The notes under the pieces were generated by a model that saw only the letters and a program-made list of their open reading frames with translations, did not search any database and had not been told where the DNA came from. From Vibrio vulnificus CMCP6 (GTDB lineage: Bacteria; Pseudomonadota; Gammaproteobacteria; Enterobacterales; Vibrionaceae): a stretch of 32,000 nucleotides of DNA. Both the position numbers and the translations under genes were made by a program. Within the stretch, counting starts at the first letter, position 1; the number at the start of each line of letters is the position of its first letter. The DNA is taken from contig NC_004459.3 of the NCBI RefSeq assembly GCF_000039765.1, forward strand, positions 690,001 through 722,000, written 5' to 3'. This document shows, piece after piece, positions 18,838 through 29,073 of this stretch.

Positions 18838-19394
18838 TGACGAAATTCGTTGAAACTTTATACGGTCCAGTAGAGCAAGCGATCGTCGATATTGCCCGCG
18901 ATATTAAACTTCTCATTTGTGATGTGGATGGGGTATTTTCTGACGGTCTGATTTATATGGGCAATCAGGGAGAAGAGTTGAAAACCTTCCACACCCGAGA
19001 CGGTTATGGCGTCAAAGCACTCATGAATGCGGGCATTGAAATTGCGATTATTACAGGTCGTCAGTCACAGATCGTCGAAAACCGAATGAAGGCATTAGGT
19101 ATTTCACTCATTTATCAAGGTCAGGATGATAAAGTCCGCGCCTACTACGATATTTGTGACAAACTCTCCATCCTCCCAGAACAAACCGGGTATATTGGAG
19201 ACGATTTAATCGACTGGCCTGTGATGGAAAAAGTCGCACTACAAGTTTGTGTTGCAGATGGTCATCCATTACTGGCACAACGCGCCAACTATGTTACCCG
19301 CATTAAGGGGGGGCATGGCGCAGTGCGTGAAGTTTGCGATCTCATTTTACAGGCACGTGGAGAATTAGACGCTCACAAAGGTCTGAGTATATGA
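18837..19394 (+). CDS. kdsC: 3-deoxy-D-manno-octulosonate 8-phosphate phosphatase KdsC
   Basis: 185 aa, with GTG start at 18837 overlapping the kdsD TAG by 1 nt. HAD motif LLICDVDGVFSDGLIYMGN.GEELK.F..RDGYG and C-terminal GGHGAVREVCDL match E. coli KdsC. Confidence 0.93.
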   Translation: MTKFVETLYGPVEQAIVDIARDIKLLICDVDGVFSDGLIYMGNQGEELKTFHTRDGYGVKALMNAGIEIAIITGRQSQIVENRMKALGISLIYQGQDDKVRAYYDICDKLSILPEQTGYIGDDLIDWPVMEKVALQVCVADGHPLLAQRANYVTRIKGGHGAVREVCDLILQARGELDAHKGLSI

Positions 19395-19954
19395 GTTTTT
19401 CTCGGCTGATTTATTTACTGCTGTTTTTCGTTGTGAGTTGGTCTTGCTACTACTTGTATGGCCAACGTGAAGCTCAATCGGTACAAGTGGCACCCAATTT
19501 AGAGCTACCGATGTTTAGTGGCGAATCACTCAATAACATCAGCTATAACTCTGATGGCATACGAAGCCATCAGATCTCTTCGTCACATTTGGATCACTAT
19601 GCCAAAAGTGGCGATACCGTTTTTGAAAATCCGAGTTTAGTCATCTACCGCGATGGCGACACGATCGAATGGAAAATCACAGCTCGACGCGCCGTGCTGG
19701 ATGAAGAACAAGTTTTGACCCTCTCCGACCACGTGAGAATGCAAAACTTGTTGCCAGGTGCCAGCTTCGAAATGCTGTCTACGGACAAACTGGAAATCGA
19801 TCTGTCGAATCGAGATTTTCATGCTGACCAGCAGGTTTTATTGATTGGTCCACAATTTGAAACCACCGGAGAAGCGATGAAGGGTAACCTGAAAACCAAC
19901 ACAGCGACTCTGTATAATCATGTACAAGGTAGATATGAAACCCTTACACCTTAG
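19391..19954 (+). CDS. lptC: LPS export protein LptC
   Basis: The track ORF begins at 19334. ATG 19391 (MSFSRLIYLLLFFVVSW...) overlaps the kdsC stop (ATGA). It gives 187 aa with a single N-terminal anchor helix, as in LptC, and occupies the conserved position between kdsC and lptA. Confidence 0.88.
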   Translation: MSFSRLIYLLLFFVVSWSCYYLYGQREAQSVQVAPNLELPMFSGESLNNISYNSDGIRSHQISSSHLDHYAKSGDTVFENPSLVIYRDGDTIEWKITARRAVLDEEQVLTLSDHVRMQNLLPGASFEMLSTDKLEIDLSNRDFHADQQVLLIGPQFETTGEAMKGNLKTNTATLYNHVQGRYETLTP

Positions 19955-20429
19955 TCTTTTTGCTCTTATGCTGGCCACCAGCAACGCCTATGCGTTGAAA
20001 TCTGACACTCAGCAGCCTGTTTATATTGATTCCGATTCACAGCAATTAGATATGCGTAGTAATCAAGTCATCTTTGATGGCGACGTTTCTCTCAAACAGG
20101 GCAGCATCAATATCAATGCCGATAAAATCGTCGTCACACGCGATCCTGAGAGCAATACGATTAAAAAGATCGAAGCCTTTGGCCAGCCTGCGACCTTTTC
20201 ACAATTGATGGATGACGGCAAAACGCTCAGCGGCAGCGCTAAACAGCTCGATTACAGCATCGATAACGATCAGTTGACGATGAAAGGTCAAGCGGAGCTT
20301 GCGCAAGACAACAACGTCATCAAAGGTTCGTCAATTGTCTACCAAATTGCTTTACAAAAACTGATGGCTGATAGCTCTAAAAATGAGCGTGTCACCACCG
20401 TTTTACAGCCAAGTCAGGTGAATAACTAA
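19935..20429 (+). CDS. lptA: Periplasmic LPS transport protein LptA
   Basis: From ATG 19935 the protein starts [39 protein letters not shown], a signal peptide followed by the OstA motif. INADK.VVTR and RVTTVL.PSQ match E. coli LptA. ATG 19920 is an alternative start. The gene overlaps the lptC 3' end. Confidence 0.88.
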   Translation: MKPLHLSLFALMLATSNAYALKSDTQQPVYIDSDSQQLDMRSNQVIFDGDVSLKQGSININADKIVVTRDPESNTIKKIEAFGQPATFSQLMDDGKTLSGSAKQLDYSIDNDQLTMKGQAELAQDNNVIKGSSIVYQIALQKLMADSSKNERVTTVLQPSQVNN

Positions 20430-21154
20430 TGGCGGTATTGAGCGCAAAACACTTAGCGAAAAGCTATAAAAAACGCAAAGTCGTTACAGACGTTAGCTTG
20501 CAGGTTGAATCAGGCCAAATCGTGGGATTACTGGGCCCCAACGGCGCAGGCAAAACCACCTCGTTTTACATGATTGTAGGACTGGTGCCTCGCGATGAAG
20601 GCTCCATTAAGATTGATGATCGTGACATCAGTATTCTTCCGATGCATAGCCGCTCTAAATTGGGCATTGGTTATTTGCCGCAAGAAGCGTCGATTTTCCG
20701 TAAGCTCTCTGTTGAAGACAACATCATGGCGGTTTTGCAAACTCGCAACGAGCTCACGCGCGAAGAACGTCAGGACAAACTGGAAGACCTATTAGAAGAG
20801 TTCCACATTCAGCACATTCGTCACAGCGCGGGCATGGCATTATCCGGTGGTGAACGACGCCGAGTGGAAATTGCCCGAGCGTTAGCGGCCAACCCACAGT
20901 TCATTCTATTGGATGAACCTTTTGCCGGCGTTGACCCTATTTCGGTCATTGATATCAAAAAAATTATCGAACATCTGCGCGATCGAGGCTTAGGTGTCCT
21001 GATTACCGACCACAACGTACGTGAAACCTTAGACGTCTGTGAAAAAGCCTACATCGTTAGCCAAGGTCGTTTGATTGCGGAAGGAACACCTGAACAAGTT
21101 CTCAACAATGAACAGGTAAAACAAGTTTATCTCGGCGAACAATTCCGACTATGA
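20429..21154 (+). CDS. lptB: LPS export ABC transporter ATPase LptB
   Basis: 241 aa. Walker [10 protein letters not shown], signature [15 protein letters not shown], Walker [13 protein letters not shown]. The start overlaps the lptA stop (TAATG). Confidence 0.97.
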   Translation: MAVLSAKHLAKSYKKRKVVTDVSLQVESGQIVGLLGPNGAGKTTSFYMIVGLVPRDEGSIKIDDRDISILPMHSRSKLGIGYLPQEASIFRKLSVEDNIMAVLQTRNELTREERQDKLEDLLEEFHIQHIRHSAGMALSGGERRRVEIARALAANPQFILLDEPFAGVDPISVIDIKKIIEHLRDRGLGVLITDHNVRETLDVCEKAYIVSQGRLIAEGTPEQVLNNEQVKQVYLGEQFRL

Positions 21155-21207
21155 TTAAATGAAGAACAACAGAACCAATTACGAGAATAAAAGGTAAGTA
21201 CTACTGA

Positions 21208-22671
21208 ATGAAACCTTCATTACAACTCAAGCTAGGTCAACAGTTAGCCATGACGCCTCAGCTCCAGCAGGCCATACGTTTGCTGCAGCTGTCCACCTTG
21301 GATTTACAACAAGAAATCCAAGAAGCGCTGGAATCAAATCCCTTATTGGAAGTGGAAGAGCATCAAGAAGAAGCGCAACTGAATGGCGAAGAGAAAGCGA
21401 TCAATGAAGGTTCCGATTCTGATGATTTTTCTGTTGAGATCGACATTCCCGACAGCTCTGATGTGATTGAAAAATCCGAGATCAGTAGCGAACTGGAAAT
21501 CGACACCACCTGGGATGACGTTTACAGTGCCAACTCTGGCAATACGGGCATCGCACTCGACGATGACATGCCGGTCTATCAAGGTGAAACGACGGAAACA
21601 CTGCACGACTACTTACAGTGGCAACTGGATTTAACCCCGTTTAGCGATACTGACCGCATGATCGCCTTTGCCATCATTGATGCCGTCGACGACACTGGCT
21701 ACCTCACTATCAGCCCTGAAGAGATCTTAGAAAGCCTGAACAGCGTCGATATCGAACTCGACGAAGTGGAAGCCGTACGCAAACGCATCCAACAGTTCGA
21801 TCCCCTTGGTGTCGCGTCGCAAAACCTACAAGAATGCTTGCTGCTACAACTGGCCACATTTCCTATCGAGACCCCTTGGCTAGCCGAAGCCAAAATGGTC
21901 CTGAGCCATCACATTGATGCGCTAGGCAATCGCGATTACAAGCTGATCGTCAAAGAAGCGAAGCTTAAAGAAGAAGACCTACGTGAAACGCTCAAACTGA
22001 TCCAGCAACTTGATCCAAGGCCTGGCAGTAAGATCAATGCCATCGAGCCTGAGTACGTGATTCCAGATGTCTCCGTATTTAAAGAGCATGGCAAATGGAG
22101 TGTCGCGATCAATCCAGACAGCATTCCAAAATTAAAAGTAAATCAACAGTATGCGCAACTAGGCAAAGGCAGCAGCGCCGATAGCCAGTACATTCGCAGC
22201 AATTTGCAAGAGGCGAAATGGTTAATTAAGAGCCTTGAGAGCAGAAACGAGACGCTGCTCAAAGTTGCACGTTGCATAGTTGAACATCAACATGATTTCT
22301 TCGAGTATGGGGAAGAAGCAATGAAACCTATGGTGCTAAATGATGTGGCAACCGCGGTTGAGATGCATGAATCCACCATCTCACGCGTGACAACCCAGAA
22401 GTTTATGCACACGCCTAGAGGTATCTTTGAATTGAAATATTTCTTCTCTAGCCATGTTAGTACGGATAGTGGAGGAGAATGTTCATCGACAGCAATTCGC
22501 GCACTCATTAAGAAGTTAGTCACTGCCGAAAACAGTGCGAAACCACTGAGTGATAGCAAAATTGCTGCCTTACTGGCAGACCAAGGAATCCAGGTCGCAC
22601 GGCGAACGATAGCTAAGTACCGCGAGTCCTTAGGCATTGCCCCATCTAGTCAGCGAAAACGCCTACTTTAG
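21208..22671 (+). CDS. rpoN: RNA polymerase sigma-54 factor
   Basis: 487 aa. N-terminal region I ([34 protein letters not shown]), an acidic region II, and the RpoN box [14 protein letters not shown] near the C-terminus. Confidence 0.98.
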   Translation: MKPSLQLKLGQQLAMTPQLQQAIRLLQLSTLDLQQEIQEALESNPLLEVEEHQEEAQLNGEEKAINEGSDSDDFSVEIDIPDSSDVIEKSEISSELEIDTTWDDVYSANSGNTGIALDDDMPVYQGETTETLHDYLQWQLDLTPFSDTDRMIAFAIIDAVDDTGYLTISPEEILESLNSVDIELDEVEAVRKRIQQFDPLGVASQNLQECLLLQLATFPIETPWLAEAKMVLSHHIDALGNRDYKLIVKEAKLKEEDLRETLKLIQQLDPRPGSKINAIEPEYVIPDVSVFKEHGKWSVAINPDSIPKLKVNQQYAQLGKGSSADSQYIRSNLQEAKWLIKSLESRNETLLKVARCIVEHQHDFFEYGEEAMKPMVLNDVATAVEMHESTISRVTTQKFMHTPRGIFELKYFFSSHVSTDSGGECSSTAIRALIKKLVTAENSAKPLSDSKIAALLADQGIQVARRTIAKYRESLGIAPSSQRKRLL

Positions 22672-22694
22672 GCCTCAACTGAAAAGGAAAGTCT

Positions 22695-22982
22695 ATGCAA
22701 ATCAATATTCAAGGCCATCATGTTGATCTTACCGATTCAATGCAGGACTATGTTCACACCAAGTTTGACAAACTTGAACGATTTTTTGATCACATCAATA
22801 GCATACAAGTTGTACTTAAAGTTGAAAAAATTCACCAGATCGCGGAAGCTACGCTCCACGTCAATCAAGGTGAAATTCACGCCTCCTCTGACGATGAGAA
22901 CATGTACGCCGCGATTGATTCGCTGGTGGATAAACTGGTTCGCCAGTTGAACAAACACAAAGAAAAACTACACAGTCATTAA
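22695..22982 (+). CDS. hpf: Ribosome hibernation promoting factor (short HPF)
   Basis: 95 aa. MQINI.GHH...T.SM.DYV..KF.KLERFFD.I and conserved position after rpoN. Confidence 0.95.
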   Translation: MQINIQGHHVDLTDSMQDYVHTKFDKLERFFDHINSIQVVLKVEKIHQIAEATLHVNQGEIHASSDDENMYAAIDSLVDKLVRQLNKHKEKLHSH

Positions 22983-22984
22983 CC

Positions 22985-23431
22985 ATGCAACTTAGCACAA
23001 TACTTTCTCTGGACTGCACCAAAAGTGCAGTCCAGTGTTCTAGCAAAAAACGCGCACTAGAAATCATCAGTAACTTGGTCGCAGAGCACACAGGCCAAGA
23101 TTCCACCGAACTCTTTGAATGTATGCTTAGCCGCGAGAAAATGGGCAGTACCGGTATCGGCAATGGTATTGCGATTCCACACGCGCGCATGACCGCCGCA
23201 GACAAAGCTGTCGCCGTTCTTTTGCAATGTGAAGAACCGATCGATTTTGATTCGATTGATAACCGTCCTGTGGATCTCCTTTTTGCTTTATTGGTCCCAG
23301 AAGAGCAGTGTAAAGAGCACCTAAAAACGCTTTCGTCGATGGCAGAGCGCCTCAGCGACAAGCAAGTTCTGAAGTTGCTGCGCGCAGCGCAAAGCGATCA
23401 AGAACTGTACGACATCATGACCAATCAGTAA
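22985..23431 (+). CDS. ptsN: Nitrogen-PTS enzyme IIA-Ntr
   Basis: 148 aa. PTS EIIA type-2 fold with the phosphorylatable His in GIGNGIAIPHARM. Confidence 0.93.
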   Translation: MQLSTILSLDCTKSAVQCSSKKRALEIISNLVAEHTGQDSTELFECMLSREKMGSTGIGNGIAIPHARMTAADKAVAVLLQCEEPIDFDSIDNRPVDLLFALLVPEEQCKEHLKTLSSMAERLSDKQVLKLLRAAQSDQELYDIMTNQ

Positions 23432-23443
23432 CGGAAACCAACC

Positions 23444-24307
23444 ATGCGTCTTATTGTAGTGAGTGGGCACTCCGGTGCAGGGAAAAGTGTCGCGCTACGT
23501 GTGTTAGAAGATATGGGTTACTACTGCGTAGATAATCTCCCGGTTAACCTGCTGGAATCTTTCATACAATCAGTTTCGGAAAGTAAACAGAATGTCGCGG
23601 TCAGTATTGACGTTCGCAACATTCCGAAGAAACTGAAAGAGCTGACAACAACGCTACAAAAGCTGAAATCCAGCATTGACCTTTCGATTCTCTTTTTAGA
23701 TGCGGATAAAGCTACCCTTCTCAAACGCTACAGTGAGACTCGCCGTGTTCACCCTCTTTCTCTAAGTGATGAGTGCCATACCCTAGATCAAGCGATCGAC
23801 CTTGAGAAAAAAATGCTCAAGCCATTGAAAGAGATCGCCGATATCTTACTCAACAGCAGCAACCAATCACTGCACGATCTCAGTGAAGACGTACGCTACC
23901 GAATTGAAGGAAAAGAGCGTAATAAGCTCATCATGGTGTTCGAGTCTTTTGGCTTCAAATTTGGTTTACCAACAGACGCTGACTACGTGTTTGACGTCCG
24001 CTTTCTGCCCAACCCTCATTGGGAACCTGCGTTGCGTCCGATGACGGGGTTGGATGCGCCCATCAAAACCTTCTTAGAAAGCCATGATGAAGTGTTAGAA
24101 CTCAAAAGGCAGATTCAAACGTTTATAGAGCATTGGTTGCCTTTGCTGGAAAAAAACAATCGCAGCTATTTAACCGTGGCGATTGGCTGTACGGGAGGGA
24201 AACATCGCTCCGTCTACTTAACTCAGCAAATCGGCGAATATTTCGCAGCGATGGGGCACACCGTTAAGATCCGCCACACCACTTTGGAAAAACGCAACAA
24301 GGAATAG
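23444..24307 (+). CDS. rapZ: RNase adapter protein RapZ (YhbJ)
   Basis: 287 aa. Walker A GHSGAGKS, then YCVDNLP, FLPNPHW and the C-terminal [11 protein letters not shown]. Confidence 0.95.
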
Positions 24308-24309
24308 CC

Positions 24310-24585
24310 GTGGAACTCAGCCGCAAAGTACTCATACAGAATCGACTTGGCTTGCACGCTCGTGCTGCCGTCAAATTGGTAGAACTGGCACAAAGCTTTG
24401 CCGCCGAAGTCACCATCGACAACGAAGAAGACAAAACCGCCGCGGCTGACAGCGTGATGGGGCTACTCATGCTTGAGTCTGCACAAGGGCAATATGTGAC
24501 CATTCATGCCAGCGGAGAACAGGCAGAACAAGCCCTGGACGCCATTTGTCATCTTATCGAAGATAAGTTTGAAGAAGGCGAATAG
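24310..24585 (+). CDS. npr: HPr-like nitrogen-PTS phosphocarrier NPr
   Basis: 91 aa with GTG start 2 nt after the rapZ stop. Active-site His is in [20 protein letters not shown] matches E. coli NPr (SVIALLMLDS). Confidence 0.9.
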   Translation: MELSRKVLIQNRLGLHARAAVKLVELAQSFAAEVTIDNEEDKTAAADSVMGLLMLESAQGQYVTIHASGEQAEQALDAICHLIEDKFEEGE

Positions 24586-24593
24586 CCTTCTTC
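24571..24593 (+). other. Stem-loop overlapping the npr stop codon (weak or partial terminator candidate)
   Basis: GAAGAAGGC-GAATA-GCCTTCTTC is a 9-bp perfect stem. The downstream ACTTTCAC is only weakly U-rich. Confidence 0.3.
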
Positions 24594-24799
24594 ACTTTCA
24601 CACTCTGCACACTTTCCCCGTCACGAATCATCACAACTGCTATTCTTTTCATAGCCAAGGTTACTCAGTAAACCAATTGTTTCTTTGGAAGAAATACTGA
24701 CAGAGTTTTGTCGAGCGAGCATGCTTTCTCGGGTTACTTGTGTGGCGAATTAAGTTATTATTCAACACATTGTAAATATCTAGGAATCAGGGGGTCACC

Positions 24800-26155
24800 G
24801 TGGCAGAGCAAATTGAATTCGACCAAGCTCACCAAGCCCTCCAGGAAGTTTCTGAAGCGCTCGAAAATGGCCGCTTCGTTCACGTCCGCCGTCAGCTTCA
24901 GGACATGGAGCCTGAAGATATTGCCCATCTACTTGAAGCATCCCCGCGTAAAAGCCGCGAAGTCTTATGGCAACTTACCGACCCTGAGGATTATGGTGAA
25001 ATCCTTGACGAGCTGAGTGAAGACGTCAAAGACAGCCTTGTCTCAAAAATGGCCCCCGAGGATCTCGCCGAAGCGACCGAAGGGATGGATACCGATGACG
25101 TTGCTTACGTTCTACGTAGCCTACCAGATAACGTTTCTCGTGAAGTACTGGCGCAAATGGACGCGGCGGATCGTCTGCGCGTGGAAACCGCGCTGTCCTA
25201 TTCTGAGGACACGGCCGGTGGCTTGATGAACACCGACGTGATCACCATTCGTGGTGATGTTGATGTCGATGTAGTCCTGCGTTACTTACGTATGAAAGGC
25301 GAGCTGCCGGAAAACACCGATGCACTTTACGTGATTGACGAAGAGAGCCGTTTAATTGGCGAGCTGCCTATCTCTATCCTCATCACCACCCAACCTGATG
25401 TCAAAGTCAGCGAAGTGATGGAAGATGTGGATGACGCCATTGCGGTCACCACCAGTGACTCAGATGTGGCTAGCCTGTTTGAACGTCGAAACTGGATCTC
25501 CGCCCCCGTCATTGATGAAAACCAACATCTGGTTGGTCGTATCACCATCGATGACGTCGTCGACGTTATTCGTGAAGATGCCGAACACTCCATGATGAGT
25601 ATGGCGGGTTTGAATGACGACGAAGATACCTTTGCTCCCGTGGTTAAATCGGCGCGTAAACGCAGTATTTGGCTCGGGGCGAATGTGCTTGCCGCCTTAG
25701 CAGCCGCATCGGTTTCCAACATGTTTGAAGCAACCCTTGATCAGATGGCAGCCATTGCGGTATTGATGACCATTGTTCCCTCCATGGGCGGCGTGGCAGG
25801 CAACCAAACGGTCGCACTGGTGATCCGTGGTTTGGCTCTGGGCCATATCGGTGATGCCAACAAACGCGAACTGTTGATGAAAGAAGCGGCGATCGGTTTT
25901 CTCAACGGCGTATTATGGGCGTTAATCATCGGTGGTATCGTGGTGGCTTGGAAAGGTAACTGGCTACTCGGCGGCATCATTTCCGCCGCAATGATGACCA
26001 ACTTAATTGTCGCGGGCATCGCCGGGGTAACCATCCCTATCCTGCTCAAGAAGATGAATATTGACCCTGCCTTGGCGGGCGGTATGGCGCTGACCACCGT
26101 CACTGATGTGATTGGTTTATCGGTGTTTTTAGGCCTTGCCACCATTTTGATTTAA
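24800..26155 (+). CDS. mgtE: Magnesium transporter MgtE
   Basis: 451 aa with GTG start 5 nt after AGGGGG. It has the N-domain, tandem CBS domains and a C-terminal 5-TM MgtE domain (PSMGGVAGNQT, TTVTDVIGL). Confidence 0.95.
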   Translation: MAEQIEFDQAHQALQEVSEALENGRFVHVRRQLQDMEPEDIAHLLEASPRKSREVLWQLTDPEDYGEILDELSEDVKDSLVSKMAPEDLAEATEGMDTDDVAYVLRSLPDNVSREVLAQMDAADRLRVETALSYSEDTAGGLMNTDVITIRGDVDVDVVLRYLRMKGELPENTDALYVIDEESRLIGELPISILITTQPDVKVSEVMEDVDDAIAVTTSDSDVASLFERRNWISAPVIDENQHLVGRITIDDVVDVIREDAEHSMMSMAGLNDDEDTFAPVVKSARKRSIWLGANVLAALAAASVSNMFEATLDQMAAIAVLMTIVPSMGGVAGNQTVALVIRGLALGHIGDANKRELLMKEAAIGFLNGVLWALIIGGIVVAWKGNWLLGGIISAAMMTNLIVAGIAGVTIPILLKKMNIDPALAGGMALTTVTDVIGLSVFLGLATILI

Positions 26156-26197
26156 CGACCTGACGCTATCAAAATGAAAGCAGAATAGAAACGAAAC

Positions 26198-26228
26198 AAA
26201 AAAGGTTGCTTACTGAGCAACCTTTTTT
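26198..26228. terminator. Bidirectional intrinsic terminator between mgtE and pmbA
   Basis: GGTTGCT-TACTG-AGCAACC (26204-26222) is flanked by A6 (26198-26203) and T6 (26223-26228). Confidence 0.85.
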
Positions 26229-26256
26229 CATCTCTTAACGAATGCCGCAATCGCGG

Positions 26257-27600
26257 TTATTCTCCCGCAATCTTCATCGATGGCAACAAAATAGAACCGG
26301 TTTGAATTTGTGAGCGCGTCTCTACATCGCTACCAACGGCAACGATTTGCTGGAACATCTCTTTCAAATTACCCGCAATGGTGATTTCTGACACTGGGAA
26401 TTGCAACTCGCCATTTTCCACCCAGAAACCCGCCGCGCCACGCGAATAATCGCCGGTCACCACATTCACACCTTGACCCATCACTTCGGTCACAAGTAAA
26501 CCCGTACCCAGCTCTTTGAGCATCTGTTGGAAATCTTGCCCTGTCGATTGCACAAACCAGTTGTGGATACCACCAGCATGCCCCGTTGGCGCCATATTCA
26601 TTTTACGCGCAGCGTAACTGGTGAGCAGATAAGTGGCGAGCACACCATCGGTGATGATTTCACGATCTTGCGTGTAAACCCCTTCGCTGTCGAATGGGCT
26701 TGATGCCAAACCACGCAGAATATGCGGGCGCTCAGAGATATTGAACCACTCTGGCAGCACTTGTTTGCCCAAATGATCAAGCAAGAAAGACGATTTGCGA
26801 TACAAGTTACCGCCACTGATCGCCATCACTAAATGACCGATAAGCCCGGTTGCCACATCCGCGGCAAACATCACCGGGTATTTGCCCGTTTTTAGCTTGC
26901 GGGCATCTAAACGTTCAATGGTTTTTTGCGCCGCTTCGCGACCGACTTGTTCAGGACGCCACATGTCATCACGATGACGGGCGACAGTGTAGCTGTAGTC
27001 ACGCTCCATTTCGCCATTTTTGCCTTCACCAATCACACAACAACTGATGCTATGGCGACTCGAGGCATAACTTGCCAATAAGCCGTGACTGTTGCCGTAG
27101 ACGCGAACGCCGTAATGGCTGTCGTAACTCGCGCCATCACTCTGCTTAATTTTATCGCTGTAGTTAAGCGCATGCTCTTCAGCAGCAATGGCCATTTTCG
27201 CCGCATAATCGGGATCGGGCGTATCTGGATGGAAGAGATCCAAATCCGGAATCTCTTTCACCATCAACTCAGCTGGAGCAGGCCCAGCACAGGGATCTTC
27301 TGACGTGTATTGCGCAATATCCAAGGCCGCCAAGACAGTCTGTTCAATCGCTTTTTCACTGAGATCCGATGTCGACGCGCTGCCTTTACGCTGACCACGA
27401 TAAACCGTAATGCCTAAAGCGCCATCACTGTTAAACTCGACGTTTTCTACTTCACACATGCGAGTCGAAACACTTAAGCCCGTGGTTTTGTTGATCGCAA
27501 CTTCAGCACCATCGCTATGTTGCGCTGCCAGCGCGAGCGCTTTGGCAACCGCGGCTTCGAGCTCAACTCTTTGCTGAGCAACTTGCTGTTTTACATCCAT
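26257..27600 (-). CDS. pmbA: Metalloprotease PmbA (TldE)
   Basis: 447 aa. PmbA/TldD family pattern with the C-terminal [34 protein letters not shown]. Confidence 0.95.
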   Translation of the reverse strand: MDVKQQVAQQRVELEAAVAKALALAAQHSDGAEVAINKTTGLSVSTRMCEVENVEFNSDGALGITVYRGQRKGSASTSDLSEKAIEQTVLAALDIAQYTSEDPCAGPAPAELMVKEIPDLDLFHPDTPDPDYAAKMAIAAEEHALNYSDKIKQSDGASYDSHYGVRVYGNSHGLLASYASSRHSISCCVIGEGKNGEMERDYSYTVARHRDDMWRPEQVGREAAQKTIERLDARKLKTGKYPVMFAADVATGLIGHLVMAISGGNLYRKSSFLLDHLGKQVLPEWFNISERPHILRGLASSPFDSEGVYTQDREIITDGVLATYLLTSYAARKMNMAPTGHAGGIHNWFVQSTGQDFQQMLKELGTGLLVTEVMGQGVNVVTGDYSRGAAGFWVENGELQFPVSEITIAGNLKEMFQQIVAVGSDVETRSQIQTGSILLPSMKIAGE

Positions 27601-27717
27601 ATCTCAATCATCTTTGATTTGTAATGGCATAAGAATAACAAGAATTTCGCTTTCTCCCCACGATTCTTGTTAAAATAGGGCTAATCTTATTTTGAGAAAG
27701 TGATATAGGCAGAAAAG

Positions 27718-28275
27718 ATGGCCCGTAAAAACCAAAAAGCGCCATGGGAACCTGAAGAAGAGTACATCCTAGTCAGCAAGTCTGAAATGAAGCGTGATAT
27801 GGACGCGCTACAGAAGTTGGGTGAAGAGCTAGTGGAACTCAAACCTTCGGTATTGGCTAAGTTCCCAATCAGCGAAGAGTTACTTGATGCAATCAAAGAT
27901 GCGCAGCGTTTCAAAAACGAAGCCCGTCGTCGCCAGTTGCAATACATTGGTAAAGTGATGCGCCAAGAAGATCCAGAGCCAATTCAAGCGGCGCTGGACA
28001 AAATCCGTAACAAGCACTCGCAAAACACCGCCGTGCTACACAAGCTAGAAACGCTGCGTGAACGTATTGTTGAGCAAGGTGACAGTGCAATTGATGATGT
28101 GGTTGCCCTTTACCCTGATGCGGATCGTCAACGCCTACGCCAGCTAGCACGTATGGCGACGAAAGAGAAGCAAGCGAATAAGCCGCCAAAGGCCTACCGT
28201 GAAATCTTCCAAATCTTAAAACAGCTTAATGATGATGCGGTTTCAGACTCGATCGAAAACGAGCTAAAACAGTAA
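27718..28275 (+). CDS. yjgA: Ribosome-associated protein YjgA (DUF615 / DarP family)
   Basis: 185 aa. VSKSE.KRD...L.KLGEE.V.L and [24 protein letters not shown] align with E. coli YjgA. It is divergent from pmbA as in E. coli. Confidence 0.9.
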
Positions 28276-28294
28276 TAGCAACGCTGTAAAACAT

Positions 28295-28329
28295 AAAAAA
28301 CAAAGGTTGGCTCACTGCCAACCTTTTTT
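28295..28329. terminator. Bidirectional intrinsic terminator between yjgA and thiQ
   Basis: GGTTGGC-TCACT-GCCAACC (28305-28323) has a T6 tract (28324-28329) on the plus strand. The A-rich 28295-28304 gives the U-tract on the minus strand. Confidence 0.85.
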
Positions 28330-28368
28330 ATCTCTGCACCACAACAGATCGTTGCCGCCTTTTATCTA

Positions 28369-29073
28369 TCATACTGCAGCTTGGAAAAACTCTACCAACT
28401 CTGGATGGCTATGCTTTTCATTGAGGCTCGCAATAGGCCCATGCGCGGCAATGGTGCCCTTGTCTATGTAGGCAAAGTGGCTAGCAATGGCACGTGCATC
28501 ACTTAAATGATGCGTCACCATCAAGACCGTAATGGCGCGCTCTTGCGCCAGCTGTTTGACGAGCGAGAGCATTTCGTCACGCAAGACTGGATCGAGCGCG
28601 GAAAACGGCTCATCCAGTAACCAAATTGGGTTGGGCTGGACAAAACAACGCGCAAGGGCCACTCGCTGTCGCTGACCACCAGAGAGCTGTTCAGGCAGCC
28701 GATCTAAATAGGCTTCAATGCCAACCTGCTTTGCCGCTTGCTCCACTTGCTTTTGTTGCTGCGACGTCAGTTTCAAACCGGGATGCAATCCCAACGCAAT
28801 GTTGTCGCGCACCGTGAGATGAGCAAACAAATTGTGTTCTTGAAACAACATCGAGAAAGGACGCTGCGCTGGAGAAAGCGTATTGAGCAAACGCCCATCC
28901 AATGCCATTTGGCCCGACTGAGGCGCAATGAACCCCGCCAGCAGCGCCAGCAAGGTGGACTTTCCTGCCCCACTTGGCCCCATCAACGCCACAATACTGC
29001 CTGCTTCTACCTCTAAATCAAAAGCAAACAGATCTTGATGATAATAATAATGCACCTGTTGCAGCGTTAGCAT
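28369..29073 (-). CDS. thiQ: Thiamine ABC transporter ATP-binding protein ThiQ
   Basis: 234 aa. Walker A GPSGAGKST, signature LSGGQRQRVALAR, Walker B LLDEPFSALD. It overlaps the thiP 3' end by 7 nt. Confidence 0.93.
   Translation of the reverse strand: MLTLQQVHYYYHQDLFAFDLEVEAGSIVALMGPSGAGKSTLLALLAGFIAPQSGQMALDGRLLNTLSPAQRPFSMLFQEHNLFAHLTVRDNIALGLHPGLKLTSQQQKQVEQAAKQVGIEAYLDRLPEQLSGGQRQRVALARCFVQPNPIWLLDEPFSALDPVLRDEMLSLVKQLAQERAITVLMVTHHLSDARAIASHFAYIDKGTIAAHGPIASLNEKHSHPELVEFFQAAV

Noticed and set aside
19745-19771. SigmaE-like promoter inside lptC (AACTT-N17-TCGAA) that could drive lptA-lptB as in E. coli
   Set aside because: There is only a partial -35 (CAAAACTT against GGAACTT) and the spacer is one base longer than the preferred length. 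It cannot be supported from sequence alone.
24586-24799. Possible M-box (ykoK) Mg2+ riboswitch upstream of mgtE
   Set aside because: None of the conserved M-box sequence blocks I know are present on either strand. Only generic small hairpins are present. The region is kept as an unexplained leader, not called as a riboswitch.
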